This document shows, in pieces, positions 17,375 through 26,972 of a stretch of DNA of 53,429 nucleotides. This DNA is from Methanobacteriota archaeon. GTDB lineage: Archaea; Halobacteriota; Methanosarcinia; Methanosarcinales; Methanosarcinaceae. The notes beneath the pieces were generated by a model. The model was not told the origin of the DNA and made no database searches. It worked only from the letters and a program-made list of their open reading frames with translations. Location of the stretch: NCBI GenBank assembly GCA_034659615.1, contig JAYEHR010000027.1, positions 1 to 53,429 of the forward strand, in the 5' to 3' direction. The position numbers were made by a program, and so were the translations under genes. Every line of letters starts with the position of its first letter. Positions within the stretch are counted from its first letter, which is position 1.

Positions 17375-17809
17375 ATGGAAGACAGATCGATAACATATCA
17401 TGCAGATACAAATACATATATCGTCAGGAAAAAGGCCTATTTTGAAGATAATATCAGCATTGATGGTAACATGATCGTAGGTTCCGGAACGAATTTCTGG
17501 AAGGGACTGAAAGTGAGCGGCACCCTTGAACTCGGAAAGGGTTCATTCATCAGAAACGATCTGGAAACGGGTAGTGCGGTCATCGGTCCAAGATCAAAGA
17601 TCGGTGGAAATGTGCATGCCAGCAATGACCTGACACTGCTGGATGATGTCACTGTGACGGGATCTGCCATCTGTGGTGGTGAGATGATCGTGCGCCCGGG
17701 TTGTAGGATCGGGTTTGCAAGAGCAGATAAATGGCTGGAGCTGGTAGGAAAGGTCGATATCAAGAGCTTTGAGTCCGGTACAAAGGTGGTCGTTCGCTCC
17801 GCAGAATGA
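17375..17809 (+). CDS. bactofilin-like (DUF583) beta-helical protein
   Basis: 144 aa of short hydrophobic/Gly repeats (IDGNMIVGSGTNF, VSGTLELGKGSFI, IGGNVHASNDLTL, VTGSAICGGEMIV), typical of polymer-forming bactofilin-type beta-helices. Confidence 0.5.
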   Translation: MEDRSITYHADTNTYIVRKKAYFEDNISIDGNMIVGSGTNFWKGLKVSGTLELGKGSFIRNDLETGSAVIGPRSKIGGNVHASNDLTLLDDVTVTGSAICGGEMIVRPGCRIGFARADKWLELVGKVDIKSFESGTKVVVRSAE

Positions 17810-17898
17810 ACATGTCCTGACATGATCGATCGGTTAAGGGATCACTCCTGACCAACCGATCCTGTATTGTATTGAGTCCTATTTCAACACCATTCTCT

Positions 17899-18657
17899 TT
17901 ACTGATCCCTGCCTTCGGCCAGCATATTCAACAGGCACTCACGTAATGCGTTTGCCTCATGACTGGTTCGGTCACGCGGGCGCGGGAGGCCTACATTGAT
18001 GATCTCCTTGATCTTTCCGGGTCGTGCGCTCATGACAACGATACGGTCTGCAAGATATACCGCTTCATCCACACTATGTGTCACAAACAGAATGGTGACA
18101 CCTTTTTTATCCCATATCTGCAGCAACTCCTGCTGGAGAAGGTTCCTGGTCTGAGCATCCAGTGCCCCAAAAGGCTCGTCCATGAGCAACACCTTTGGCT
18201 CATTTGCCAGTGCCCTGGCGATCGCAACCCTCTGACGCATCCCGCCAGACAACTCATAGGGATAGCTGCTCTTGAACTGTTCGAGACCGACGAGCTTGAG
18301 GTATTTATCAGCAGCTTCAATGGCCTCTTTTTTACCTATACCCTGCATCTCCAGACCGAACGTGATGTTGCGCATCACTGTCCTCCATGGGAACAGGGAG
18401 TATTCCTGGAACACCATCCCGCGCCGGGGATCAGGGACCGTAATGCGCTCGTTATCCAGGGTGATCTTACCTGAATCAGGCGTGTCCAGGCCTGCGATGA
18501 TCCTTAATAACGTCGTTTTTCCGCATCCGGACGTACCTATGATACATACGAACTCCTGAGCCTTAATATCAAGGCTCACATTATCCAATGCCTGTGTCGA
18601 TTGCCCTCCATCCTTTTCGAACACCTGGGAGATGCCCTCTAACAGTAATCGACCCAT
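17899..18657 (-). CDS. ABC transporter ATP-binding protein (nitrate/sulfonate/taurine NitT/TauT type)
   Basis: GTSGCGKTT, LSGGMRQRVAIARAL, LLMDEPFGALD. The start abuts the permease stop. Confidence 0.9.
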   Translation of the reverse strand: MGRLLLEGISQVFEKDGGQSTQALDNVSLDIKAQEFVCIIGTSGCGKTTLLRIIAGLDTPDSGKITLDNERITVPDPRRGMVFQEYSLFPWRTVMRNITFGLEMQGIGKKEAIEAADKYLKLVGLEQFKSSYPYELSGGMRQRVAIARALANEPKVLLMDEPFGALDAQTRNLLQQELLQIWDKKGVTILFVTHSVDEAVYLADRIVVMSARPGKIKEIINVGLPRPRDRTSHEANALRECLLNMLAEGRDQ

Positions 18658-19482
18658 TTAGACCACCACTCCTTTACGCCATCTGAGGAGCTTGCCATCC
18701 ACATACCACCTGAAGATCTTGTCGATAAGCAGACCCATAAACCCGAGTATAAGCATGTATACGAGCACAAAATCCATCTGGTGCAGATAGTAGTGCCACC
18801 ATATCTTGTAGCCAAGACCGTTCGTGCTCACGCCGAACATCTCAGCGGCGACGAGACACATCCATCCAACCCCCATGGCAATGCGGATCCCCGCAGCGAT
18901 GGATGGCAGGGACGAGGGGAGTGCCACATGACGTATCAGATCCCAATCCTTCATGCATCCTAACACTCTGGCAGCCTCCACATACACCCGGGGCACGCCC
19001 TTGAAGCCTACCACTGTGTTGATGATAATAGGAAACACTGCACCAACGAACACCACAAATCCAGCCGAAACATGGGTAAGTCCGAACCAGACGATGGCAA
19101 AGGGAATCCAGGCAAGGGGCGGGATCGGACGCACTATCTCTATAAGAGGATCCGTTGCACGGTTCACACTCTTGAACCAGCCCATGGCCACACCGATGGG
19201 AATACCAATGAACAATGCCGAAAGAATACCCAAGCCAAAATGGAGTAAACTGATAGACAGGTCCGTGAAAAGCGTCCCGTTCTGAATGATCTTAAAAAAA
19301 GAAAGAAGGACATCAGTGAAACTTGGTAGAAGCAGCTTGTTCTTGACCACAAGCTCGGCGATTAACTGCCAGATAATGATCACTGTTGATATGGATGAAA
19401 TTTCCAATCTATTGTTGCGTATTGCGTCTACGAAGTTACTGGTCATATTGCCTCCGGTACCATGGAGGGGCAATCCCTCCAT
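18658..19482 (-). CDS. ABC transporter permease (SsuC/TauC type)
   Basis: Polytopic membrane protein with an EAA-like loop (YVEAARVLGCMKDWDLIRHVALPSSLP). An alternative start is at 19446. Confidence 0.85.
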   Translation of the reverse strand: MEGLPLHGTGGNMTSNFVDAIRNNRLEISSISTVIIIWQLIAELVVKNKLLLPSFTDVLLSFFKIIQNGTLFTDLSISLLHFGLGILSALFIGIPIGVAMGWFKSVNRATDPLIEIVRPIPPLAWIPFAIVWFGLTHVSAGFVVFVGAVFPIIINTVVGFKGVPRVYVEAARVLGCMKDWDLIRHVALPSSLPSIAAGIRIAMGVGWMCLVAAEMFGVSTNGLGYKIWWHYYLHQMDFVLVYMLILGFMGLLIDKIFRWYVDGKLLRWRKGVVV

Positions 19483-19529
19483 GTCCAGCAGCTATTATGC
19501 ACAGGTCACTAATGTATGTTGCTATTTAG

Positions 19530-20576
19530 TTATTCTATCACAGCTGCATCATAGAAGCTCAGATCAAAGATATCCTCTTCTGTGAGCTCTGTGTCGACGT
19601 ATCCAAGGTCGTACTGCACCTGCGCATAGTTCACAGTGGAATCCACAACTGGATGCGGGTTTGCTGACCAGATGCCATCCCATTCCTCGAGAGAGGTCTT
19701 TACGGTCTCAACGTCCCAGCTCTGCTTGGTTGCAAATATCTGGGCTGCGTCATCCGTATTATTGAGATTGTATTCTGTGGCCCTAATGTGGGTCTTTATG
19801 ATCTGTTTCACCATGTCCGGATGGTTCCTGATAAGGTCGCCACTGACCACAAGCACACAGCATGCATGATCCTTCATGATCTTGCCGGATGGCAGTACAC
19901 TTCGTCCGTTGCCTTCAGCGGCAATGAGGGTTGGGGCAGGATGAGGCAGGAACGCACCATCGATCTGACCGGCTGCCATTGCAGCCATCGCATCGCCCGG
20001 TCCCATTCCTTTGATCTCGACGTCGGTCTCAGGGTCAATTCCATTCTCGATCAGCCAGTTCTTGAGTAGGGTATCCTGGATGGTCCCTGGCGGGAAGGTC
20101 GCGATCTTGAGACCTTTCAGGTCCTCTGGACCCTCATATACGACCTCGGGACGCAGCACGAGATCGGATCCCTGTGTGTTGACCGATGCAACGATCTTTG
20201 CATCCAGTCCACTGCTTATGGCTGAGATCACCGGTGCAGCTCCGACATAGGCAATATCAAGATCACCGGCAAGCATGGACTGCATCTCCGGAGCCCCGGT
20301 GGGAAACTCATAATCCTTGATCGTCTCGATGTTATATGGTGCCAGGTCCTCCTGCCACCAGCCGTTCTCCATGGCAGTCATGTGAGCGATCTGGTGAGTG
20401 CTTGGCTGGTAACCGATATTGAGATTGGTCATTGTCGCTGCTTCCTCTTCCGGAGTGGTACAGCCGGACAATACCACTGCACCGAGAAGAATTAAAGAGA
20501 TTATTATTGTTGTTATTATTTTTCTCAAATGAACACCTCTGTGATTGAATGATTTACTTACATTATTCCTATTCAT
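19530..20576 (-). CDS. ABC transporter substrate-binding lipoprotein (SsuA/NMT1-like)
   Basis: Signal peptide with lipobox VLSGC and a periplasmic-binding fold pattern (IGYQPSTHQ, DIAYVGAAP). First gene of a three-gene operon. Confidence 0.8.
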   Translation of the reverse strand: MNRNNVSKSFNHRGVHLRKIITTIIISLILLGAVVLSGCTTPEEEAATMTNLNIGYQPSTHQIAHMTAMENGWWQEDLAPYNIETIKDYEFPTGAPEMQSMLAGDLDIAYVGAAPVISAISSGLDAKIVASVNTQGSDLVLRPEVVYEGPEDLKGLKIATFPPGTIQDTLLKNWLIENGIDPETDVEIKGMGPGDAMAAMAAGQIDGAFLPHPAPTLIAAEGNGRSVLPSGKIMKDHACCVLVVSGDLIRNHPDMVKQIIKTHIRATEYNLNNTDDAAQIFATKQSWDVETVKTSLEEWDGIWSANPHPVVDSTVNYAQVQYDLGYVDTELTEEDIFDLSFYDAAVIE

Positions 20577-20678
20577 AGAAATGCCTTATTTATATCTTGC
20601 CATATATCGTAATGATTTGTCCTACAAGTATTAATACTGGAGAACATATTACCCATAGCGGATAATTGTTGAGCAGGA

Positions 20679-21209
20679 ATGATTTATATGAGTATTGCAG
20701 ACAAGGTGATCTATGCAGCCTTTGAATCCGATGAAGCGTTCCAGCAGACGCTGCCGAAGGTTATCAAGGACGACCTGGGGATCACAGCTATCGAGTTCTC
20801 AGAACAGGCCGGCATACCCCCTAGCACTCTGTATAAATTGATGTCGGGCAACCGGGAACCGAACATGAGGACATTGAGGCAGATCGTAAAGACCGTCAGG
20901 ACGCTTGAAGGAGCACATAAGGGAGAGTTCATCGCGGTCATTGCCTCCCGTCCTGTGCTGGACAGCATCACTGAGACAAAAAGAAAGATCGGTGACAGAT
21001 TATGTACGATACGGGAATATTCTGCAACGTCCATGGAGGAAGCGATCATCGCAGCGGTACGTGCCGAGCAAGACGGAGCAAATGCCCTGGTCTGCGCACC
21101 GATCGTCAGCCCCACCATTGAGAAGATCATACGGATACCGGTCTCGACGATCATGCCGAAGAACAGTCTTATTGAGGCCATCGAGAACGTGGCACGGAAA
21201 ATCAGGTGA
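20679..21209 (+). CDS. XRE-type helix-turn-helix transcriptional regulator with an uncharacterised C-terminal domain
   Basis: ITAIEFSEQAGIPPSTLYKLMSGNREPNMRTLRQIV is an HTH_3-type motif. It is divergent from the ABC operon. Confidence 0.65.
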   Translation: MIYMSIADKVIYAAFESDEAFQQTLPKVIKDDLGITAIEFSEQAGIPPSTLYKLMSGNREPNMRTLRQIVKTVRTLEGAHKGEFIAVIASRPVLDSITETKRKIGDRLCTIREYSATSMEEAIIAAVRAEQDGANALVCAPIVSPTIEKIIRIPVSTIMPKNSLIEAIENVARKIR

Positions 21210-21222
21210 AAAAGAAGTATTT

Positions 21223-21258
21223 AAAAAAAGAGTGCCAGCACTGGTATATCCAGTGCTG
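21223..21258. terminator. bidirectional hairpin terminator between convergent genes
   Basis: CAGCACTGG (21236-21244) pairs with CCAGTGCTG (21250-21258) around a 5-nt loop. A7 on the left gives T7 for the minus-strand surface-protein gene. A T6 run follows on the plus strand. Confidence 0.65.
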
Positions 21259-21291
21259 ATATTTCAGATCATATATCTGTTTTTTGTGTTC

Positions 21292-24200
21292 TTATTTCTT
21301 TATCGACGAGATCAGCTCTTTGGCAGCATCTAACATCTCACCGATCCTTGCACCTGCAGTATCTACGGTCCAGCCACCGGCTGTGAACAGATATGCAGCT
21401 CCACCCGCTGCCAGCAGGCCTGCGCCCCCAAGGATGTACAGGACGATACCCAGTCCTTCAACAACCACAACAGTACCGGTCATACCGGACACTTTGACCA
21501 GATAGGTTCCTGGCTCACCGGCGGTGTGAGTGAACTGCACTGTGGTGGAATTGTTCACACCGAGGGTGATCTGCTCGCTGTCGGTAACATGATCATTGAT
21601 CAGCAGATCCACATTGTAGCTGCCCTCAGCATTACCAATGTTCAATGCATCAAGGGTGATGGTCACATCCTTGCCGGTCTTGACCTCCAGTGGAGAGATC
21701 ACAAGATCACTGAACTGGAACTCTGCCTCCATGGCCATCACCTCGAAATTGAGCTCCGTATCAAGATAACCTTCGGCCGTAGCAACGAGTTTATGCATAC
21801 CGGGCTCGGTCACAGTATAGGTGAGAGTGCCATCCCCGGACGTGGTGCCCAGTGGTGTACCATCAAAGGTGACATCTGCGCCCTCGATCAGGTCGCCGCC
21901 AATGGACTTGACCACCGTAATGGCTATGGAATTACCCTCATAGACCTCTTCCGGTGAGACCTCGATACTGATCTTTCGTTCTTCATCATCCGGAGAGATC
22001 ACCTCTAGCTCGCCCTCGCCTGACGTGTATCCTTCCTTCTCGGCCGTGATGGTGAAGATACCCGCATCGTCCGGAGTATATGTCACAGTACCCGCATCGG
22101 AGGTAGTACCAACGGTCTCACCTTCGGACTTCACGGTTACATCGCCCACGGACATACCACGGGAAGTTACCGAGATTGTCAAACTGTCACCTTCGGTGAT
22201 GGTTGTGTCAAAGTCCAGATCCAGCGACTCGTCCGGTGCGGTCTCGACCTCAACAAACGGATAGTAGCGCACGTTGCTGGAATCATCTGCGACCTTGAAC
22301 ATGATCTCGCCCATGATCTCAATTGTCTCGCCTTCGTCCAGTTCGATAGTATCATCGTTCTTCATGGTGATGCCACCGGATGTTGATGTAACTTCCATCT
22401 CACCATAGTTATCGCCATCCTCAACCTCGGTGTACTCGTCGGAGATCTGGAAGATACCTTCCACGAATACCGCATTGGTCTCAGTACCGCGGAAGATCTC
22501 ATTGAAGTGGACCACAATTATCGGGACATCGTCCTCGTCACCCAGGTCGATATCATAGACGAAATTATCATTCGTAGAGATGATCCCACTTTCAATCTTG
22601 TCCCCATCCTTGGTCAGTTCCACAAATACCTTGCTGCCGTCCTGATCGACCTCCACGATGTTCAGTGCATAACCTTCCTCAAGGATCAGTGATTGACCGG
22701 AGTATATCGATGTGTCCTCTCCGCTGTCGATGAGCACCTTGGAGAGCTGCCCGCCGGAGATGAGATCGATATTATCATCCCAACCATTACTGTTCGTATA
22801 TCCTGCAAAGTACTTCTCGGCCATGAAGCCGATGACCTGATACGAATTCCAGGCATCATACTCGAAATCGTTGGTGACCGGTGTAGCCGTGTATACCAGG
22901 TTACCCACATTTATCGTGTCATCTCCATCATAGGTAAATGCAAGCGATTCGCTCATGATCCCTTCATCGATATCATAGTAAAATCCCTCGAAATTCAGAG
23001 GTGTCCAGGTCAGGCTTTCATCTTCTGCAATGGTGCCCCGCAACTCATAGGTACCAGGGTCGGACATGTCCACGAAGGGGGCGAACCTGAGAGTTGACGG
23101 ATCATCTGCTACGACGAACTTGAGTTTGCCCATGATAGTAATGATGTCACCCTCGTCGAGGTCGATGGAATCATCATTAGACATCTCGATCTTATTTGCA
23201 TTGACGTTGTCAACTTCCATCACACCATAATTGTCGCCATCCTCGACCTCCGTATATTCATCGGATATCTGGAAGATCCCATCCACGAACACAGCACTGG
23301 TCTCGGTACCACTGAAGATCTCATCGAAATGCACGGCGATGATCGGTACGTCGTCCACAGAACCCAGATCCTTCTCATACACATAGGTGCTGTCAGAGGA
23401 CAGGATGGTCGCATCCACCTCAGAACCGTCCTTGGTAAGGGTCACAAACACCTTATCACCATTGACATCCAGCTGGACGATGTTCAGGGCATATCCCTCT
23501 TCAAGGATCAACGCTGAGCCGGCATAGATCGATGTCTGACCATCATACGAATCTTCATCGTCATCGATCAGTACCTCGCAGAGCTGCCCATCTGACATGA
23601 GGCTGATGGTTTTACCATCCGAAACATCTATTGTTTTTGCATTGTATCCTGCAAAATATTTCTGTGCCATGAAACCGATGACCTGGTACGAGCCCCAGTC
23701 ATCATATTCGAAGTCGGTCTCGATGGGTTCGGTGCTATACACCAGATCACCATCATTGATATTCCTGTCCGAATTATGGTCCAGGTGGATGGTCATATTT
23801 TCGGAGGTCATGCCAGATTCCAGATCATAGTGGAATCCGGAGTAGCTGCGACCGTCCCAGGTATAATCCAGGGACATGTCCTCATTGGCATCCCAGATGC
23901 GGTTGCCTGAGTAGTATGTATTCGAATGAACATCCCATGTCCATTCATTCTGAACAGTACCGTTCACGTTCGATGCAACCGCTGTGACGTTATAGCTTCC
24001 CACCGATGCCGTAGTATTCGTGTAGGAGAAAACTGAGGACATCGTAGAATTGGGCTGCACAGGAGTTCCATTGAGATACCAATTCACTGTGCAATCCTGA
24101 TTCGTGGTGACGTTGAACTCCTGCGAATCGCTAGCAATCGTCTCGGGATCACTGGACGGATTAGAACCTGTTATGCTCAGCGACACGTTTGTGACATTCC

Positions 24201-25041
24201 ATGTCCATACATACTGATTCGTACCATTGGCATTGTCTGCCAGTACTGTCAGATTATATACTCCGGGTTGTGCAGAGGTATTGGCATAGGAAGATGTCAT
24301 AACAGATGTTTCATTGAAGATGTCAAGACCATCAAGCAACCAGGTCACATTGACGGTCTGATCGATGTCTGCAGTGAACGTACGTGAATCACCTGTATTA
24401 TCGAGTACCGTTGAACCAGATGGATCTGGAGTGATGGCTGGAACAGATGCCGTGGATACATTCCATGCCCACTCTTTTTGATCAGTCCCATTTGCATTTT
24501 CTGCAAATGCAGTAAGATTGTATGTTCCAAGTTGTGCTGATGCATTGTAGTAGGATGCCGTCTGAGTGGATGATTTGGATGAAACTGGCGTACCATCAAG
24601 AATCCAGGTAACATTGGCAACCTGATCGACGGTTGCAGTGAATGTTGTTGATTGACCCACAAAATTGGAATATGGCGAAGAAGGAGATGATAACGAGACC
24701 ACTGGTGTGGAGTAACTGACCGTCCATGTCCACACATGTTGGTCCGTACCATTGGAATTATTCACAAATGCTGTGACATTATAGACACCTGCATTTGCCG
24801 TGTTGTTGGTATATGTATCATTGGTCTGGTTCAGTGCTATTCGCATGCTGGAACCGTTCATGTACCACATGATGTCACATGTCTCATTGACGGTGACATT
24901 GAATGACTGTGCATCTCCTACCTCACTTGACGGATCAGAGGGAGGACTGAACGGATCGATATTCGGAGCAGCGAGAACAACCCCATAGCTCAATCCCAGT
25001 ACCATTAATCCAATAAAAAATAATCTGAAACCTTTTCTCAT
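21292..25041 (-). CDS. large cell-surface (S-layer-type) glycoprotein with a mosaic domain architecture
   Basis: 1249 aa. The domain order is a signal peptide, four Ig/PKD-like repeats, two tandem Methanosarcinales S-layer duplication (DUF1608-like) domains, two Ig-like domains, a CARDB-like domain and a C-terminal TM anchor. The signal peptide is FFIGLMVLGLSYGVVLA. There are four ~90-aa repeats (VYNVTA/TYNLTA/VYNLTV/SYNVTA). The two S-layer domains carry W..FxGFxYD motifs. The TM segment is residues 1196-1219. Confidence 0.85.
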   Translation of the reverse strand: MRKGFRLFFIGLMVLGLSYGVVLAAPNIDPFSPPSDPSSEVGDAQSFNVTVNETCDIMWYMNGSSMRIALNQTNDTYTNNTANAGVYNVTAFVNNSNGTDQHVWTWTVSYSTPVVSLSSPSSPYSNFVGQSTTFTATVDQVANVTWILDGTPVSSKSSTQTASYYNASAQLGTYNLTAFAENANGTDQKEWAWNVSTASVPAITPDPSGSTVLDNTGDSRTFTADIDQTVNVTWLLDGLDIFNETSVMTSSYANTSAQPGVYNLTVLADNANGTNQYVWTWNVTNVSLSITGSNPSSDPETIASDSQEFNVTTNQDCTVNWYLNGTPVQPNSTMSSVFSYTNTTASVGSYNVTAVASNVNGTVQNEWTWDVHSNTYYSGNRIWDANEDMSLDYTWDGRSYSGFHYDLESGMTSENMTIHLDHNSDRNINDGDLVYSTEPIETDFEYDDWGSYQVIGFMAQKYFAGYNAKTIDVSDGKTISLMSDGQLCEVLIDDDEDSYDGQTSIYAGSALILEEGYALNIVQLDVNGDKVFVTLTKDGSEVDATILSSDSTYVYEKDLGSVDDVPIIAVHFDEIFSGTETSAVFVDGIFQISDEYTEVEDGDNYGVMEVDNVNANKIEMSNDDSIDLDEGDIITIMGKLKFVVADDPSTLRFAPFVDMSDPGTYELRGTIAEDESLTWTPLNFEGFYYDIDEGIMSESLAFTYDGDDTINVGNLVYTATPVTNDFEYDAWNSYQVIGFMAEKYFAGYTNSNGWDDNIDLISGGQLSKVLIDSGEDTSIYSGQSLILEEGYALNIVEVDQDGSKVFVELTKDGDKIESGIISTNDNFVYDIDLGDEDDVPIIVVHFNEIFRGTETNAVFVEGIFQISDEYTEVEDGDNYGEMEVTSTSGGITMKNDDTIELDEGETIEIMGEIMFKVADDSSNVRYYPFVEVETAPDESLDLDFDTTITEGDSLTISVTSRGMSVGDVTVKSEGETVGTTSDAGTVTYTPDDAGIFTITAEKEGYTSGEGELEVISPDDEERKISIEVSPEEVYEGNSIAITVVKSIGGDLIEGADVTFDGTPLGTTSGDGTLTYTVTEPGMHKLVATAEGYLDTELNFEVMAMEAEFQFSDLVISPLEVKTGKDVTITLDALNIGNAEGSYNVDLLINDHVTDSEQITLGVNNSTTVQFTHTAGEPGTYLVKVSGMTGTVVVVEGLGIVLYILGGAGLLAAGGAAYLFTAGGWTVDTAGARIGEMLDAAKELISSIKK
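22249..23859 (-). repeat. internal tandem duplication (~260 codons x2) inside the surface-protein gene
   Basis: Residues ~395-658 and ~679-931 align throughout (e.g. IFSGTETSAVFVDGIFQISDEYTEVEDGDNYG vs IFRGTETNAVFVEGIFQISDEYTEVEDGDNYG). DNA at 23224-23277 vs 22402-22455 is about 80% identical. Confidence 0.85.
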
Positions 25042-25066
25042 TATAATTTCTCCATTAGAATATGAT

Positions 25067-26068
25067 TCATACCTCTTCCAAAGAACCTATATGTAAATAT
25101 CCTTTTCGATTAATTGTAAACGTGTTCCCGTCTGTCCCCACAACAGCAAGACCTTCATCCATGCCCACAACATCCCCCAAAACCGTAAGATCACATGCCT
25201 CACGGACCTGATCCACCTTATCCGGCGATACCGTGAACAACATCTCAAAATCCCCACCTGTGTACAGTGCCAGCTCAAGCAGCTCGTCCCGGCTGCCCGC
25301 AATATCATGCACCTCATCGTTGATGGGCAAACGGTCCTCGTATATTCTGAATCCAACCCCACTGGCAGCCGCCAGATCATACAGCGACATGGCAAGCCCA
25401 TCACTGGTATCAATGGCCGAGGTCACCCCACCGGTGGCGGCCAGTCGCTGACCCTCATGGATGCGCGGCATCGGCTCAAGGAGTGAGCGCAAAAGAGCAT
25501 CGCTACCATCGAGATCGTTCTCAAGGACCAGCAGGGCGGCACCCGCGGAACCGACAGTACCGGTCACACATATCCGATCTCCGGGACGTGCACCATTTCT
25601 CCTGAGCACACTGCCCTTCCTCACACGTCCCAGGGCTGTACCTGTGATGGTCAGTTCATCGTGCAGATCTATGTCCCCCCCTATGACCGAGGTACCACAT
25701 GCCATTGCACAGTCGGACATGCCACGAGCAATCTCCTCTGCCTCCTGCACCTCCATGTCCGCAGTGAACCCAACTGCCGCAAGGAGTCCCACGGGACGTG
25801 CACCCATAGATGCAATATCGCTCAGGTTCACAGCAGCCGACATCCAGCCGATCTGCCAGCCGGACATCTGGAGTGGGAAATCCGTTTTCCTGTGGAGCAT
25901 GTCCGTGGTCACCACGAGACAGTCCTTATCCGAGATATCGATGATGGCGCAGTCATCCTCACCTGCGCCTGCTAGGATATCCGTATTACCGATCGCGCCG
26001 AATATCGTAGAAAGGGTGCGGATGAGCGAGCGCTCATCAATGTCTTTGATATATTGTGAACCGCTCAT
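25067..26068 (-). CDS. thiL: thiamine-monophosphate kinase
   Basis: AIR-synthase-related fold with GEDDCAIIDI...LVVTTDMLHRKTDFP...NLSDIASMGARP, typical of ThiL. Confidence 0.85.
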   Translation of the reverse strand: MSGSQYIKDIDERSLIRTLSTIFGAIGNTDILAGAGEDDCAIIDISDKDCLVVTTDMLHRKTDFPLQMSGWQIGWMSAAVNLSDIASMGARPVGLLAAVGFTADMEVQEAEEIARGMSDCAMACGTSVIGGDIDLHDELTITGTALGRVRKGSVLRRNGARPGDRICVTGTVGSAGAALLVLENDLDGSDALLRSLLEPMPRIHEGQRLAATGGVTSAIDTSDGLAMSLYDLAAASGVGFRIYEDRLPINDEVHDIAGSRDELLELALYTGGDFEMLFTVSPDKVDQVREACDLTVLGDVVGMDEGLAVVGTDGNTFTINRKGYLHIGSLEEV

Positions 26069-26155
26069 GATATTCCCTCAAAAACTTAAAGTTCAAACCT
26101 GCATCTGTATGATGCTATATCATGAACGTATAAAGGATTTTCTTAAGCTTCGATC

Positions 26156-26938
26156 TTATTCGAAGTTAACCTGCTCATTGCCTCCTTCCTTGGTCCGGAT
26201 CCATACATTGTCAATATATTGATGAGCACTCGTTGCGATCTCAAGCAGTTCTTCCCTGGAAAAGGGAACAATATCCCGCATGCTAACCTTCATCGCGTGC
26301 TCCGGTATGCCCTGCTGTATCACATACGGTGCACCAGACGTATTGACATAGTCCGCAATGGATCTGGCTATCGCCGCGACATCGTCCGCATCCCCGATAA
26401 AGTCACGTATCGCCGTCGTCCGCAACTCGTACTCGATCTCCCGGTCAGTCAACAGGGTGATGGTCTGTCCCACTTTCGCGACCACGTCCTCAGGGAGTAC
26501 ATGCACAGCATCATAGTCCCCATACCCTATCGCCTTCCCATACATCTCCGGATCATCCAGCGGCGCCTTCACGTCGATGAAGAACTTATCGACAAGTCTC
26601 CTGTCGATAAGGTGTTTCACCACTTCGACATGCAAACCATTTGTGTGCATACCCACCAGCAGACCCTGCGCCTTTGCATAGGTCGCCATCTGTTCTACGG
26701 CTTCGGCCTGGATAAGGGGTTCTCCTCCAGAGAACACCACATTGCTGACAAAAGGTTTCGAAGAGTCGATGATGCCTTTTATTTCCGACATCTCCCGATG
26801 ATCCGAACCACTCAGGATCTCATAGTTATGGCAATAGGGACATCTGAACGGACATTCCCGCAAAAAAATAACAACTGATACCCTATCGTGCCAGTCTACA
26901 GTAGAGATGGGGATGGAATCCCCAAAATTTACCTGCAT
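26156..26938 (-). CDS. nrdG: anaerobic ribonucleoside-triphosphate reductase activating protein (radical SAM)
   Basis: CPFRCPYCHN radical-SAM cluster motif and GGEPL, located directly downstream of nrdD. Confidence 0.9.
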   Translation of the reverse strand: MQVNFGDSIPISTVDWHDRVSVVIFLRECPFRCPYCHNYEILSGSDHREMSEIKGIIDSSKPFVSNVVFSGGEPLIQAEAVEQMATYAKAQGLLVGMHTNGLHVEVVKHLIDRRLVDKFFIDVKAPLDDPEMYGKAIGYGDYDAVHVLPEDVVAKVGQTITLLTDREIEYELRTTAIRDFIGDADDVAAIARSIADYVNTSGAPYVIQQGIPEHAMKVSMRDIVPFSREELLEIATSAHQYIDNVWIRTKEGGNEQVNFE

Positions 26939-26972
26939 ATTTACATCACTGCCAATTATTACTGTCTTTTGA

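Noticed and set aside
17826-17870. Hairpin GATCGGTT / AACCGATC between the convergent bactofilin-like and ABC ATPase genes, considered as a terminator.
   Set aside because: The stem is 8 bp with a 20-nt loop and has no adjacent T-tract on either strand. This is too weak to call.
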